From: Lingula anatina
Taxonomy: Eukaryota; Animalia; Brachiopoda
Direction: 5' to 3'
NCBI GenBank assembly: GCA_051362555.1
Contig: CM120640.1
Span: 34,925,967-34,989,966 of the forward strand
Length of the DNA stretch: 64,000 bases
In this document: one piece after another, positions 14,619-29,200 of the stretch
Position numbering within the stretch: position 1 is the stretch's first letter
Layout: the number at the start of each line of letters is the position of its first letter
Notes under the pieces: model-generated
Told to the model about the DNA's origin: nothing
The model's database searches: none
What the model saw: the letters and a program-made list of their open reading frames with translations, nothing else
Made by a program: the position numbers and the translations under genes

Positions 14619-17600
14619 CAAAGGAGGATTTCTAGTTAAGACCATATTGAAGTTGTTTTAGGATATTTTTACATTCCTATTGCGTTTGATGTTGACCTAC
14701 ACAAATAGACAATCAGTTATCTTTGCAATAGAGCTTTAAAGAATTCTAGTTTTTATATTGTAATATGATATGGTTGCTAACCTATTCACTAAAGAATTTG
14801 TGATAAAATGTTACCTTGCCAAACATGGTGCCAAAGTGAACATGCGATGTTCATAAACTGTTTGACGTCTAGTAACGAGTAAAAAAAATGTATCCATCAC
14901 AGGGGTTGCTTGGTTTTTAATTCTTTAAATTCTAGTCTTTATTTTTCAACATTCCACAAGAACTCACCAGTAGATACAACAGATTTGCACTTCATAACTT
15001 CATACCTATGACTTTGTTTATAAAGAAAAATTTCATAATGGGCTAGAATAAAGTAAGTTCTTATTTTTAGTGGTAATGTTGCCACTATAGACAATATATG
15101 CCTGATGTATATCCGTCCAACCTTTATGTGCCTCTACCAATCTGTGACAAAAAGTATATTTCAAAAGTTAATCTTGATTATTTTTGTTTAACATAAAGAT
15201 TATTTTGAGGACTTGTACTTGGTGTTTATTTTTGAAAGGTCAAAGAAAAATATTTTTTCATTACAAAAGGCATGTACGAAAGTTTATTGCCACATTGATA
15301 GTGGCATTTTCTTCAGTTATCAGTATGTTTACTAGTACATAAATAAAGCCTTTTCTATTTAGAAAACTCACTTTGTTTTGTTTAACATCTGCTTCCCCAT
15401 GCCCTACATAGATTTGCTGGGGATTTTTCAACTCCCAAAGTTATTGATCAGACCATTACTTGTTGATCATAACCTTATGTGTAATAAGTTTGCTTCTTTG
15501 AGCATTCATAACAACTTGATAAAAATGAAATCATAATTAAATCTCATACTGAAGTAATCGACTAGAAATCTCCTCTTGCTGGTATTTTTAGACAAAATAC
15601 TTAACGTGGCATTTTCTATGATGGCATTCAATGTTGAAATTATCTGTTCCAAATTTTAGATAATTTAAATACATGTAAGTTGGGTTCAAAAGTATTATTA
15701 TTATTATTATTGGCATGAAACGTTATCCATTTTTTATTTCATTTATTCATCTATTTATTTGACAAAGCTTCATTTTTTAGTCTTGTGTTACAATAAGATA
15801 TGTACTACAACTTCAGAAATTGCCTTATTGGTCTTTCAGATATTACCATGCAGAATCCCATCAGTTTGATAGATTGCGTTAGTTGAGACTGTGATGCAAA
15901 GCTTCCATTGAGAGATCTAATCAGAAAAAAACAGTTTTTGGTTCTGTCCGAAACTGGGTCTTATAAAAAATAAGTTTTCATGCACTACTTTGAATTGTTT
16001 TGTCGAATCACGAATGTCGGTGATACACGGAAGGCGAAATATTTGGTTTAAAATTAAGTTAGTATTGAGGTTTCCTTTTTACGGCATAAAGGTTACTGTC
16101 AGGGTGTATGCTAATCAAAGTACCGAAAATAATATTTTCGTTCATCTTATAATTCAATAATGCATCTGCCTTTTTGCTGAAAAAAAAAACAATATAAATC
16201 CCCTCTAAAATATAAAATATCGGCGTTTATATTTCTCGCTACTTATCATAAGCACCTAGGAGAGTTTATCGTCAAGGGCTCTTCCTGTTTTGAGGTGAGA
16301 TAGCAATCCGTATTGGGGCGTACCTGTACATGTAACTTCATCCCTGAACAAGATCTCATTACGAAAATTGGCTTCAACCCCGTGCCGTCATTTTGATTCA
16401 AATTCTGAAGAGCTGTAGAGCTTTAAAATTTAATAAATTGAATTAAATGTTTCTGCCATGGAGTTGTGAGCCCCTAATTTTGAACTCGGGTTTTAAGAAA
16501 AATCGCTGGCAAGAATATGAAATAGGCATACTCAATGGTTTCATTAAATTGACGTCGAATTGGTGTTCGTGGGTGTCAGGTTCGTGGGTATAAAGGTGAA
16601 ATTTGAGAAATTGATTTTGCAATCAATACCCCAAAATCGCTATCATGAAATCATCGGTAGAATGATATTTGTGTAAATGCAAGAGAATTTAGTAAACACT
16701 GAAGATTATCTGTTATTATTAATTCAAAACATGTACGTTAAGACAGGGGGGGTGTCTAAACCTGTCCGTAATCTTAGCTTGTTACGATCTGAACATCTTT
16801 ACTTCATAAGAAAAAAGCATCGGCCTTCAAAATCTAGACTGGGTATTTCCTCAGACCAACAACACCGAAGAAATTACAAATACAGGCTGTATAAATGAGA
16901 AAATTTCGTGTTTGGGAACAGGAAAAAAGTGTCAAATACGAGATAACAATTAATTTTGGTGGAGTTATTAGCGCCAGGCGCTTTATGTACACAGCTGTTT
17001 AAAAGAATGGGAAAGTAAAAAATATATATTAATTATCCGATGGATTCAGTGATCGTATTCACGTCTTGAATTTTTCCGACATTTCATCAATGTTTGTATC
17101 AATACAAATGTGCCTAAAACTACTTAAATTAACATTTATCATATACAACGAATTATTAAAACAGAATCAAGTTGTTACATTTTTGTTCGAAATTAGAATA
17201 ATTTGGTTAAGATTTTCTCAATTTTACTCTTAAAATCGTCTCTCGAGACTAAATATAACACTCTAAAGTCTACTTTTTCTTTTTTTATCATAAAATACAA
17301 AAAAGGCAAAACACAAGATTTGGACTTTTCTTTATACACCAATGCAATGGTTCATATTTTTCACCCATTGTCCTCGTAACGTTGTACTGCATACTGAAAA
17401 TAAAAAACAAGAATTTGCGCTATTAAAATACAAAAAGGTTAACTCTCCGTTCCCGAGGACGAAATTATGTACATTTGACACATGGAATCGAAAAATCATG
17501 AGCTAGTTATGACGGTTTAAACACACTTGAAAGTGTAGTTTTAATTTTCATTTTTGCTTTCTTTAAATCGGTAGCCCATTTGAAAAATTAAGATTGATGT

Positions 17601-18209
17601 TTAAAAGACATGAATGAACAAAATTTTTCGCCAACAGCATAGACTATAATGCGGATTAAACATATAAATGATAAAGGTAAGTTTAGTAGTGGTGCATTAA
17701 ATGAGGGAAATCACGACTGGAGGGGGGCAAAAAGAACCACTTTGCTATGTTTCATAATATTTTTTCCATAATTCGAGTGATATCCACGAAAATGTTGTAT
17801 CAAACGGTTCTACATGTAATTTGTCACTGGACAGTGGTCCCAAATGAAATACACTCTGCTAACTTTCTTTTCAAAGCCAGGCTTCACTGTCACATTCCAC
17901 ACATATATGAATGCGCATGCGTCACCCTCACCTGGATCGATAAACTATTTACACATACTGCATATGTATGACAAAAGTACCGAGCGCGTTCCTTGGGTCC
18001 ACCATCTTGGAATAAGACGAGTCACCTGTGCGTAGAGGGGGACACGCAAAACTTTGGACCCTTTTCTCCAGCGATTGTTATCGAAATCGGTGGAATCGTA
18101 TAACCGGTAGAGGTTTTGCGACGGTCATTTTTGTCTTCCTTAAAGAAGCGATTTTCAGGGTTTGCGACATTGCTAAGGTGACAATCACACACCTGGAAAG
18201 TGATACAGC

Positions 18210-20241
18210 ATGACCTATTTAAGGAGTCTGGTTACGGTTGCCATTTTAGCAACATTATACAAAGGTGAGTCGGATTTTTTGTCTTCATTTTAGCTATATT
18301 TCAGTTTCAAATATGGACGGAAAATATTGATCGCTTTGCTGATGCTGAAACCCAAACGAGGAGTCGGTTAATTTCAACCTTGGATGGGGTGTGACGTCAC
18401 AGAATGGCGGCCCAATTTTACACCTGTTTGTTTAAAATGAACTCTTTGGGTATCAAAAATTATTCAAATGCTATATCTAGGGTAGACACTGCAAGTAAAC
18501 CCAGGTTGCAGATCAACAGAATTACCATACATGGAGAATGATTTGTACTTATCCCGATATTAGGGTCATTTCAATGACAAACTTTGCGATTGCGAAATAC
18601 CCATGCAGGATCTAGGCATGCTAATCGACCAAGCTAGGTTTCTCAATTTTTTTGCATGTTTCTAATCGCAGTTTTAACTTAAAAAATATCACACCCACTC
18701 GATCTTTTTTATATTAGCTGTCAGAGAAAAATAAATTCTGCACTAAAACGGATAAATTAAACCAATGAGGCCTTGACGGTAATAACAGCATCGGGGTGTG
18801 CTTACTTTTAAAATGATGCAGCGTCAGACCGTCGTAGAAGGCTTATATGTGGGAAATGTGCCCTGTTATCCGGCTAATATCCAGAGAGAACTACGTTTTT
18901 GTCAATTGTGAGGACGTGTAGATCGGTGGAAAAACCCACTTGTTATTGCTGGGTACTTAAGCAAGTCAATATACCGATAATTAATCCAAGTTGATCATAT
19001 GAACCACATTGATCAAATGACCAACGATCTTGCCGGTCATGGTTTTTATGTTACAGGTCCTATCTGTTTGCATTATTTGTTTTTCCGACTTGAAATGATA
19101 TGTTAGGCCCTATCATGCTGTGTTTTACATCACTTTTGCATGTTTTAAATACATCATATTTATTTATTTAAAAAGAGTGAAGTGAAAAAAATGCATAAAA
19201 CCACAACCCTTATATCTTCGACTTTTTTCCTAAAATATTTGCTCTACCGATATTTTAAATTAGACAATACATGCAATTCTTGTAGAAAGGCATTGCAGAA
19301 AGCCTTTCCTTTCACATACGAAATATAAACCAATGTAACACAAACTGTGTCTTGTTATACTTGTGTGTGACATTTCAACATATTTTATCGATATTATTAC
19401 TTGAATCTTTTTTTTAATTCGATCTTTTTCGTAGTCACCTATGCAGTGGATTGCTACGAGTGCAACGTCTACCAAGGCGGTAATGGCTACCAGTGCCCCG
19501 AAGACTTCAGGGAGAGGGCAATTATCCAACGTCGCCAGGGAGGCGCCGTAGAAGACATCACCGAAGACACCCCAATCGATCGCTGGCTGGGCGAGGTTCC
19601 CATCAAGAGAGGGTGCGAGGCGTGCATGAAGTTCTACACCAAGGTGGAACAAAATCATAGGAAATACGAATTCACAAGTAAGTGGCATGGATTTGGGTTG
19701 ACATTTTCGTTCTTTTGAATATAGAAACATGATATCAATCGTGATGACGGAAATCTATTGGTGCCCTTGGCGTTATGTAATAAGTGAATGGGTCAACAGT
19801 CCCGTCAGCTATCTGACAGACAATAAAATAGTGTACGGTTTTGTATAATTGCACATAATATCTTGCCGCCATATAGAGAGAAAAGTAAAACAAAAATGAT
19901 AAACGGATACAAAAAACAAATTACGAAAAAAAACGATAAAAGGCTTCACAGTCACGAAATAAGAATGATTTATACCTTATTTTTAATTTTTCTTTAAACA
20001 ATTTTTACGTGTCTTTCCGTTTATTTCAGCTGCTACTGTCGTCTCCCGTGTCTGTGCCGGCAAGGAAATCCATCTGACCAAATACGATCTTAACAGCTGT
20101 AAGAAAATGGATGCCATTGGAGGTGTTAGCGTTAGATGTTTCTGCCAGACCGATAAATGCAACGGTGCCACTAAACTCGGAATCACGTTCTCTTTAGTTT
20201 TGTCCTTATCTTTGTTTGTTTTTAAGAGGTTATTCTTATAA
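18210..20241 (+). CDS. Ly6/uPAR three-finger protein #1 (quiver/sleepless-like, GPI-anchored), about 169 aa
   Basis: Exons 18210-18264 (signal peptide MTYLRSLVTVAILATLYK), 19435-19677 and 20030-20241, phase-1 introns. 10 Cys: CYEC..C..CEAC..C..C..CFCQTDKCN, then a hydrophobic GPI-signal tail. AATAAA at 21365. Confidence 0.92.
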
Positions 20242-22130
20242 CACAGTTTTGTTAATTGTTTTCTTGTAACTGTGTAATAGGCACTCCTAGTTCTCTAACA
20301 TAACATTTTGCATTGTGCGCTATGCCAAAAGAGACATTGTTTTGTCATGGAAAATTGTACACGTTATGTAACGTCTGATATTAACTGTAGCAAATTATAC
20401 TTCGATAAAAAAAAGTTTTAAGAAAGGTAAACCGAAATAGCGTTTGAAGGCTGAATTTATGATTTTTCATATTGTTCTCACGGTCACACTTGTAATTCTT
20501 CGAGCAGACTGTTAAGCGTTTTTGTATCTGCTATACATGTTTATTTCCCCAAAGTGATTATTGTGATTTATGAAACTACTTTATTTTTTATTTTAAAGAG
20601 ATAAATGAATGATGTGGTCTTATTTAGCTTAGATTTAGTGTGAGGATACTATGATACAGTGGACGTTTTTTAACTTCCAAGCCGCAACAGAAGCCAATAT
20701 CTTCGATTGTAAATACGCTATGGTTATATGGTTGTTAAACTGTTTGCATGTACTTCAAATTGTAGAGGCACTATGCAAATACGTATATAGATTTATTAGA
20801 TGTATTGTAGACAACGTACGTGTCGTATTATTGCACCCGTCGTTGAACATAGTCCCAGTAAACGTAATTAATCGCTCGCGAACGTGTAGCATCACCCATC
20901 AATATATGAATGGAGATACTCAATACAGCAATAACATGGGACGCCTCTTTATGAAATCCCATTTTAATGAATGTAGGCATTAATGAGATTTTCATTTGGT
21001 GCGCCCTTAAAAACAACTAGCACATTTCCATCAGTGGCGACAGTCGTTCTTGTAGAATTCCCTATAACTTTTGTTTGAGCCATTTTCATAAGTTATAAGT
21101 GGGGAGGTGCGACACTTTTTCAGTTGGAGAACATATAATTCCAATCATTCCATACAATTTCCATCGTCAGTGGTGGGTTATTATTCCGTATTAATATCAC
21201 AGATGTCTAGATATGTTGACGCCAAGTTGCATTTAAGTCGGTTTATACTGCCATTGGTTGTATTTAATTGTCCTGCTTAAAAGACGTCAAATTGCATGTA
21301 TAATTAAGAAAATCTTTTTGACATTCATTGTGGATATTGAATTACTGACTTTGTACACGACTTAAATAAAGATTGTAAATACATATAGACTTACCTTATC
21401 TCTCTTTTCGCGTTGGCTATCAAAGTCGTTGTGATAACACCAAGGCTGCTGGAACAAGGTGAACAGTTTGTTGATACTCTGATTTGGTTAAGATTGTAAA
21501 ATATGGATGATACAGAAAATGTCAAAACTTTAAACATTTTCCAGAGTTTTTACTCTCTAAACGAATTGAAAAAACGGGAGGAATATTTGCCGATTTTTTT
21601 TTAAATCGGACGAGAATTTAAACTGAATATCAGGTTTAACGTTATGTTCCAAATATGTAGAGTGGATAAGATATCCAAACCATCGAAGTATAATATTACA
21701 CAGGAAAATGGTATACGACCCTGTTAGGAAAGGGAAAAACATATACACAGTGGGTCCAATATTTATCCTAATCTTATGAAAACGTTCAAAAGAGATTACT
21801 TTTTATCTGATTAATAATAAGGGCATTTCTCTAAGGTAACAAATATTCTGAAAATAAAGATCTTATGTAACGGCTATTTTAATCAAATCAATTCATTTTT
21901 CGTATGCGGCACTAAATTATTTGTTGAATAAGCACCTATTACTTAATTTGGGTGAAAAAGATTGGTGGAAAGATATATCTTCAAAATTTCAAAAAGATAT
22001 AACTCGGCCTCGCATTTTTTATTTTTCCAAAATAAATCACCTTGAAACATGCGCTTTTGTGAAAGAAATACGTAAGCCTTCTTGAGCTTGTCGATTTTAA
22101 CCAGCAAACACTGAACTTCGGCGTCATTTT

Positions 22131-22395
22131 CAGTGACTGATTTAGGGGGGTGTCAGGCGGTCCTGACTCCCCCCCCCACCCCCCCCCCCCCCCCCCTTGA
22201 ATTTAGAATTTTGGCTAGCTGAATCATATTTAGTTCTAAACTGTACCAAATGGCATAATGTTCGCCCTCTAAAATACCAAACATTTTCCGAACCCTTCAG
22301 CGGGCCCAGAACCACACGCCAAGGGGAGGGGGAGAGTTGGCTTCGCATCCGCGGACCCCCCCCCCCCCCTTTAAATAATCCCTGGTCCGCCCCTG
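22131..22395. mobile_element. Degenerate MITE (CAGGGGCGGA-type TIR) just upstream of Ly6 #2
   Basis: Left end cagtgactgatttagggg, right end ctggtccgcccctg, internal poly-C tracts. Flanks are atttt and acttt. Confidence 0.5.
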
Positions 22396-22562
22396 ACTTT
22401 GACTCGTACTGTGCACGCAACTTTCTCGCCGACCGAGGAGGTCACCTTTTGTACGTACGTGTATGCCTACATGGAGCAAAAGCCATATGATACTTGTTAC
22501 CAGATGTCACTAGTGCAGCTAGCTGGAACTGATTGATACGGAGCCAAGCAAGCACTTCAGAG

Positions 22563-23157
22563 ATGGAGATACCTGTTCGGGCTTTGGGACTGTTTGCAGT
22601 ATTTGGAGCTCTTTTAACGTTTTGCAGTCAAGGTAAGTGATCCACCGCAATATGCAATTAAAGAATTTACCAGTAATTGAGTTATAAAGTATAACATTGT
22701 ATTTAAAAAAACATAACAATGACTAACAATGCTGCGTTATTTTCTCATAGTTCACCGCAAGCCGATTTTAGGTTCAAAGTCGGCGCTACGAGGCAGCGAT
22801 TTCGTGCGTCAGTTGCTTAATTGATGTAGCCTGTCCAAATGTTGCTTCACACCTGGGATTTGTATAGGTGTGCTACTGGTTTTCAATCATGCCCACTTAA
22901 GAAACTTACAGTAGTAGTTACTAGTACTCCCAGCACTGACAATATACTAGTAAGACCGATAAGTGAGACACATGGTTTTGTCCAAATTTGCTGCAGTAAA
23001 ACAAAAATATGATAAATCACTTTGTTTGCCACACAAAAGTTATATACAGTACAATTTTAATGTGTAAATTGTATATAAATGAATACAGCACACATCTTTT
23101 CATTGCTCTCTACCATCCCCAATAATAATAAAAAAACATGTATAGGGATCCTGGCAT

Positions 23158-23216
<59 letters not shown>

Positions 23217-26200
23217 CTTATGAAGCACAAATGAAAGATGATGTTTCACACAGCTAGTGTAGTTTATGGCAAGTGCCACACAATATTAATACAGCTATGC
23301 TAAAACCCTAAATAGATTTTGAAATGGAAAATGTACTGTAACAGATAATTGAATAGGAAAGGAGAGCATCACAAGGTTGCCAGCATATAGAGAAAATTAA
23401 TAATTAGATTTGAAGTTGATCAATTTTTGGTCTCTAAATATAAATCATGATCTTTAGGAGAAGGAAAATCATTTAAAATTGGTCATGAATAAGTTTTTTT
23501 AGTTGACTATATATTAGGCAAAACAATGAAAAATGGCAGGATGGTAGAAATAGTTGTGATAAGTATTTTCTCTCTCTCTCTGTCTCTCTCTCTCTCTCTC
23601 TCTGTATGTGTTTGTGTGTGTGAATGCAAAAGCAAGTGCTAGAAACTTGCAACCCCAGGAAACCAGTTAATTGATGACTATGGGCAAGGGTCATTGTTTA
23701 AGGTCAAAAGGAAAATGCCAGAAAGAAACATAACTGTCTTTAAAACAATTACAGTTTCCAGGAAAATATCTTCACATTTATATTACACTGCATGATCTAA
23801 TCTCATCAAATCAATCTTCACCCAATCACAAATGAGTATATTGATTTTCACTATTAAATTTCACATGCTGCATATTGTATTATTTTCATTTGAAGCCCAC
23901 ATTGCATTTATAATTGTTTTCAGTTTCTTTTCTCTCAAAGAAAACCTCTGAACATAGCATCTTCTTTTCTATGCCAGCTTATTTAAGGCATCAGACTTGA
24001 TAATCAGTCATTGGTTACCAATCCTTATGTTATGATTGATTGGCTGGGCATTGGGTTGAATCACTTAATTGGATTGACTGAACCAGCAGGACAAGAAGGA
24101 AGGCAGACTAAAACTAAATCACTTGATATGTACATAGTATGCACAGTTAAACTGTTCTACCCCATGTATCTATCCATCATCCATAAATTATAAATCCCCC
24201 ACAGATATCTTTTGTTAATTCATCCCTCATACTACTGATTGATGGACTTGTCAGTCTGAATAATAGGATTTTGCTTTTTGTGACCTCCATCAATACAAAT
24301 GATGCCAAGATGATGAGGTTTATTAAAACACATGAGAATTTTATCGTTGTGAAACTGTACTTTAATAGTGGGGAAAAAAATCAGAATAAAGACAAAAAGT
24401 ATTTTCTGTGTATGCACACAGATGAACATGTGTGTTAGTATACTCAAAAGCATATGTGTGTTTATGTTCACTTGACAGGAATATGCATGCTGTATGTTTG
24501 ACTGTGCATTTTGAAGTATGAAACATACCTGGAGATGTTATCACAGTGAATGTGATATATGCTTTATTCAGTTGTAGGGTTGGTTTTCAGTGAAATGCAG
24601 GTACATGTACTTACTCTCAGTATGTATGTTAAATAGTACACTACCACCCCTTCTTGATATATATCTGGGACACCTCTTGCTGATGCTCTGTGTGTTCTGG
24701 CATATATCACTCAGGTGTTATATATCATCTCACATGTATGTGCATTTGTGTATGATTAATTATAAAATTTTCCTCAATCCATGCTCCATCCTTTTACAGG
24801 TTACTAGTTGCATTTTCTTTGATTTAAATGTCAGGTTCGGTAGCAAGTGTATGTGGAGCACTGCACATGGGAGTGGATGGCAATCAATATTTGATAGTTA
24901 CTGTTCAAAATTGAAGTGGCTTTTTCATTGTCAGTGTCCCTTGGGTGTATGGGTAGTGTATTGCAGGCCATGGGTCTTGTTATGTTTTCATGGTTATGTG
25001 AAACAGCTGATTCTCTGTGATATTTAACTCTTACATTGGATACACCAGTAGAATTATATATTGATGTGAAAATAATTGGTCCCTTGGAGTTTCATAGGGT
25101 CCTTTGGAGTTTCACTTAATTATCTTTTGTTGTTTTATTAGACCTAAACTGGTAATTGCTTATTTCCCATTTTGTAATCTTCTGTAGATTTGTGGAGTTA
25201 ATTTCACTCATTGTGTTAACTTGTATTGATTCCATGCAGGCTAGCTGAGCTGGTGTCAGGATGATTATTTTGACTTGGTTGAAATTAAAGATGTCTTCCA
25301 ACTGTGGTCACTTAGGCCCCATTCAGAATGGATGATCCGAGTGCTTACTGAACCGCTGACTAAATATGGCTGACCACAGTTCAAAAGTGATGCCGCTGAT
25401 TCCTAATGGTCTCCCTGCCTCCACATGGGCCGTTGCTGCAGGGGCTTAGCAATTAACCCTCGGAGCAGAGATTTAATCTGTAAGGAGCGTGTGGAGTCGG
25501 AGAGATCATCAGGAATTACATTTAGCAGCAGAGCTTTTGAACTTTCGGCGGCCATATTTAGTCAGCGGATCAATAAGTACTTGGATCATCCATTCTGAAA
25601 GGGGCCTATAGAAATGTCCAACTAATATCACATCACTGTGTTAGTAGGTGATCAGAACACATCTGTTAGTCACCCAATTCAAGATTGCATTGTGGCTGGA
25701 AAAATAAAAATTGAGACTACTTTCAGCAAAATCGAGCAAAAATGGATGATTTTTGAAACCCCTTGCCTATTTTCCTTTGGTATTTTGACACATTGATATA
25801 TTATGGGGCATTCTATGATAGTCATTTTGCATTACAGATAGAATTTTGACTCTTAAAGTTGTATTTTACAAAAAACTATAATGAATACATACATGTAGGT
25901 CAAATTTGGCATGAATATTGATTACTGCTTGTCTAAACTTGTAACTTAAAAACTTCAAAAACAGTTATTAGTTTTTGAGAAATATTGATCACCATTGCTA
26001 TATTTAAAAGTCCGTGTTCAGTAAATGTAGATCTGTGTGATTGTCTGGTGACCTCATTAAGAATTTTCCAGTTTAAATTAGTTCTGTTCTTAAAGGACAA
26101 TGTTCATGTAAAAATCCATTTCTCGAATTTTGAAGATACAGCACTCAATCTATACACTAGAGGTATGTTTTAATCGATCCCCGCCATTTAAAAATTATAA

Positions 26201-29200
26201 AAACAACCTGTTAGTAGAAAAAAAAGCGTTTTAGTAAACCTCACCTCAATATGCAAAAATGAAGCAACAGATCTGGGTCACGTGGTACTGTGACGACAAT
26301 CACGATAAAGGTCTATGAGACTCAACTGAGCTGCATGGTGCATAAAGACGGAGAAGTTAAGGAAAGTTGTGTTGAACGGAGTTGAGGAATTTTCGTTATG
26401 CCTCTGTGTGTTGCCGTGGGATTCACCAAAATTGCAGCTCTCGTTGACAATCTTTCTTTGTCTGTGACGGTCTTCCGTGACTTACTTACTAACTTCGGTG
26501 TCAATAGTTGCGATGCTCTAGATCATGGTCACCTCAGGTGGTTTAGATCATATCAAGAGCTGGTAGTCTTTCAGATTAACTGTCATCAGTTGGCAAACTT
26601 ACTGATTGCTGATGCATTTTAAATGCATTGTAGTTGACCAAAAGCTCGTTTACAACAAACCTGTTAATTATGCACCGCTGCAATTCCCAAGCCAGGTAAT
26701 AACAGGTATGAAACTCGTCTTGGTGGGCTTTCATATTTTTCAATATATCTCATTTATTTCATGGGGTTATTTTATTGGTATTTGTAAATGACGTTAAATA
26801 TCAATACTTAAACAATTAAGTTCAAACACGGTCGCGAACATTAATAAAAGAAATTGCTCTCAGGGTATCTTGAAGCTTCCGTGGAAGAAAACGTGTTGAG
26901 GAAAAACAGGAAAAAGAGCGTTATATTAAAGAAAAAATGGGAACTGCTATAATAAAATGGTTCGTTATCCTAATTCGTTTATGCTTTGAGGATTTGTTTC
27001 TGAAGATAATTTCATCTGAAATATTAAATAATTTAAAAGATTGATTATTTTATAACTTGAAACGCAAATTCTGCGTCAGTACGCAATTTTTTTTTTTTTT
27101 TTTTTTTTTTGCAAATTTGTAAGCTTATAACACCGTGCTATAAAGATCTACTCAAGAAAAAAATTTGCTTGGGTAAAATTGAGTACGGAATGAACTGGAG
27201 ACACTTGGCTTGTCATTAAGTTTACATGAAAATATGTCAGGTAACTTTATACTGTCTTTGAAAGAGTAAAGATTGAAAGATAATTTTAGACAAACTTTGA
27301 CGGGGGAAATACCTACAAAGAGTAATGAGCTATTTCGCCAACATCTTGTTGAAAATTTTACACTGCAATTCTATTCAAATAAGCTAAGGAACTAATTGCC
27401 AAATTAATACTCTCATCACATAACAGGGGGGTAACCAGACCTGCAAAAATTGTACGCACATATTTTAAAAGATTACAAGCACATACAGCAAAATGTAAAC
27501 TTACGCAAAACATGAAGGACAGCGTAATCACAGCAAATGTACCTCATATAGTAGCTTAATTTCCATTAATAATAAAATCATCATTTAAGTCAAAAATATT
27601 CTTGCGATTTAATAACTATTTTAATTTACCCAGAACGGTATATTTATTTTAAAGGCGGTTAACTGAAATATAGTTTTATGATTTGTTTGTGAAAATTGCC
27701 CATGTCACCCTGTTAGTTTGGAGGTCTAAGCTGGATCAAGTCCGTGTTAAAATTCCTATGAAGTTGTGCAGGAAAAATTCTTCCTTTCTTTCTCTAGCTC
27801 CTCGATAAACCTGGTGTTCAGATTTTATCTAGTACCCCCAGGTCTACGGGAGCTGCGCTTTGAAACTAACGCACAGGTAGATTTTTACCTGAGATAACTG
27901 GAGTAAAGCTTAGATAGAGAGTGCGTTCGGTACAAGCAAGACAAATTGAATGCCATTTAACCCTCTAATTAAGAGGTAAAGGAAGTTCCAGTTAGATGGA
28001 TGATTAAGATAGGACTTGTAAAGGTAACGGGCATTGTTTACCTCAGTTTAATAAAAGTATGCAAGACGGAGTGTCAGCGGTTTAATAAAATAAATTTAAT
28101 TTCACAAATAACATGGACCTCATATGCAATAATCAACATTTCCCTTAACTCATTCAAATGCAGTGTTTTATACAACTTGGGATAACCATAATGAAATGCT
28201 TGTTAAAGAAATGACTAGACGGGAAATGGTTTTACACAGCTTCACGAGGATTTAGACCCTTCGGGTAAGAGATTTGAATGAGTATAAACTTTTATCAGAA
28301 GCCAGAGAAGTCATCTTACAGGTAGACAATGCAGCTCAGTTTGACAGCTAAGCACGCTCTGTTCTCCAGTGGCTCGATTGTCGTCATTGGACCACGTGAC
28401 CACGTAGCTCATTAACTCCCAGGCCGAGCAAATAGGACGTTTTTTAAAGCCAAAAATTTACAAAATGAGCTTTTAATTTGTGTATTTGGATAAAGATATC
28501 GTTAGTTGGGCATGTTTTCTGAAGAATATGTTCCGTTCAGGCCATTCTGACGGCATGAAGCAAACCCTTTAACGCAACCATAATTTGCTTTTTCTCCTGG
28601 GATTACTAGTTGTTGCAAAAGCATTATTGTGATAAACTGGGAAAAGCATTATTTGATTCAAATAACTTCTTTGGCAATCATATTGTGATGATAAAATATT
28701 ACGAAAGGATGGTATTAGGAATCATTTGAAAAAGCCCAAATTCTTGTGACCTAGGTCTAGAGCTTAGCCTAGCAAGAATTCATTTAAAATATCCTTGAAA
28801 ATTTAGCAGCTAAGTGTTATGTCTTATTTCCACTTCTTACTGCTCAAAATATAATCCATCTATTTATGCCAAGTATAAACTAGATAGTCCTGAGAAAAAT
28901 AGCCATTATTTTTTAAATGGTCCACATATTTAAAAAAAACCTTCATAATAGGACATTAGGCCATCTTCAAGTAATCAGCCTCTGTTCACAATTGTGTGAC
29001 TGCAGAAAAGAATCTATAAAAAATAAAAATTAAGAAAATTAAGTATCCAGCTCAGACAGTAGATTGGTGCATTTTTTAACGAATAAATTTCAACTTTTCT
29101 GCTCTTGGTCCCAGGTGAAGCTCGATTACTCCAGTGTTATGACTGTACCAGTGAGGACCATCTGGGCTGTAAAGACCCTTTCAATGCCACGGACTCGCTG

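Noticed and set aside
15983-17691. CACTA-like termini around a CpG-richer intergenic block
   Set aside because: Only 7 bp of inverted match and no matching TSD.
19260-19730. 156-aa minus-strand ORF
   Set aside because: It is the antisense shadow of the GC-rich exon 2 of Ly6 #1.
24590-25027. 145-aa ORF in intron 1 of Ly6 #2
   Set aside because: TG-rich intronic composition, no recognisable motif and no supporting splice structure.
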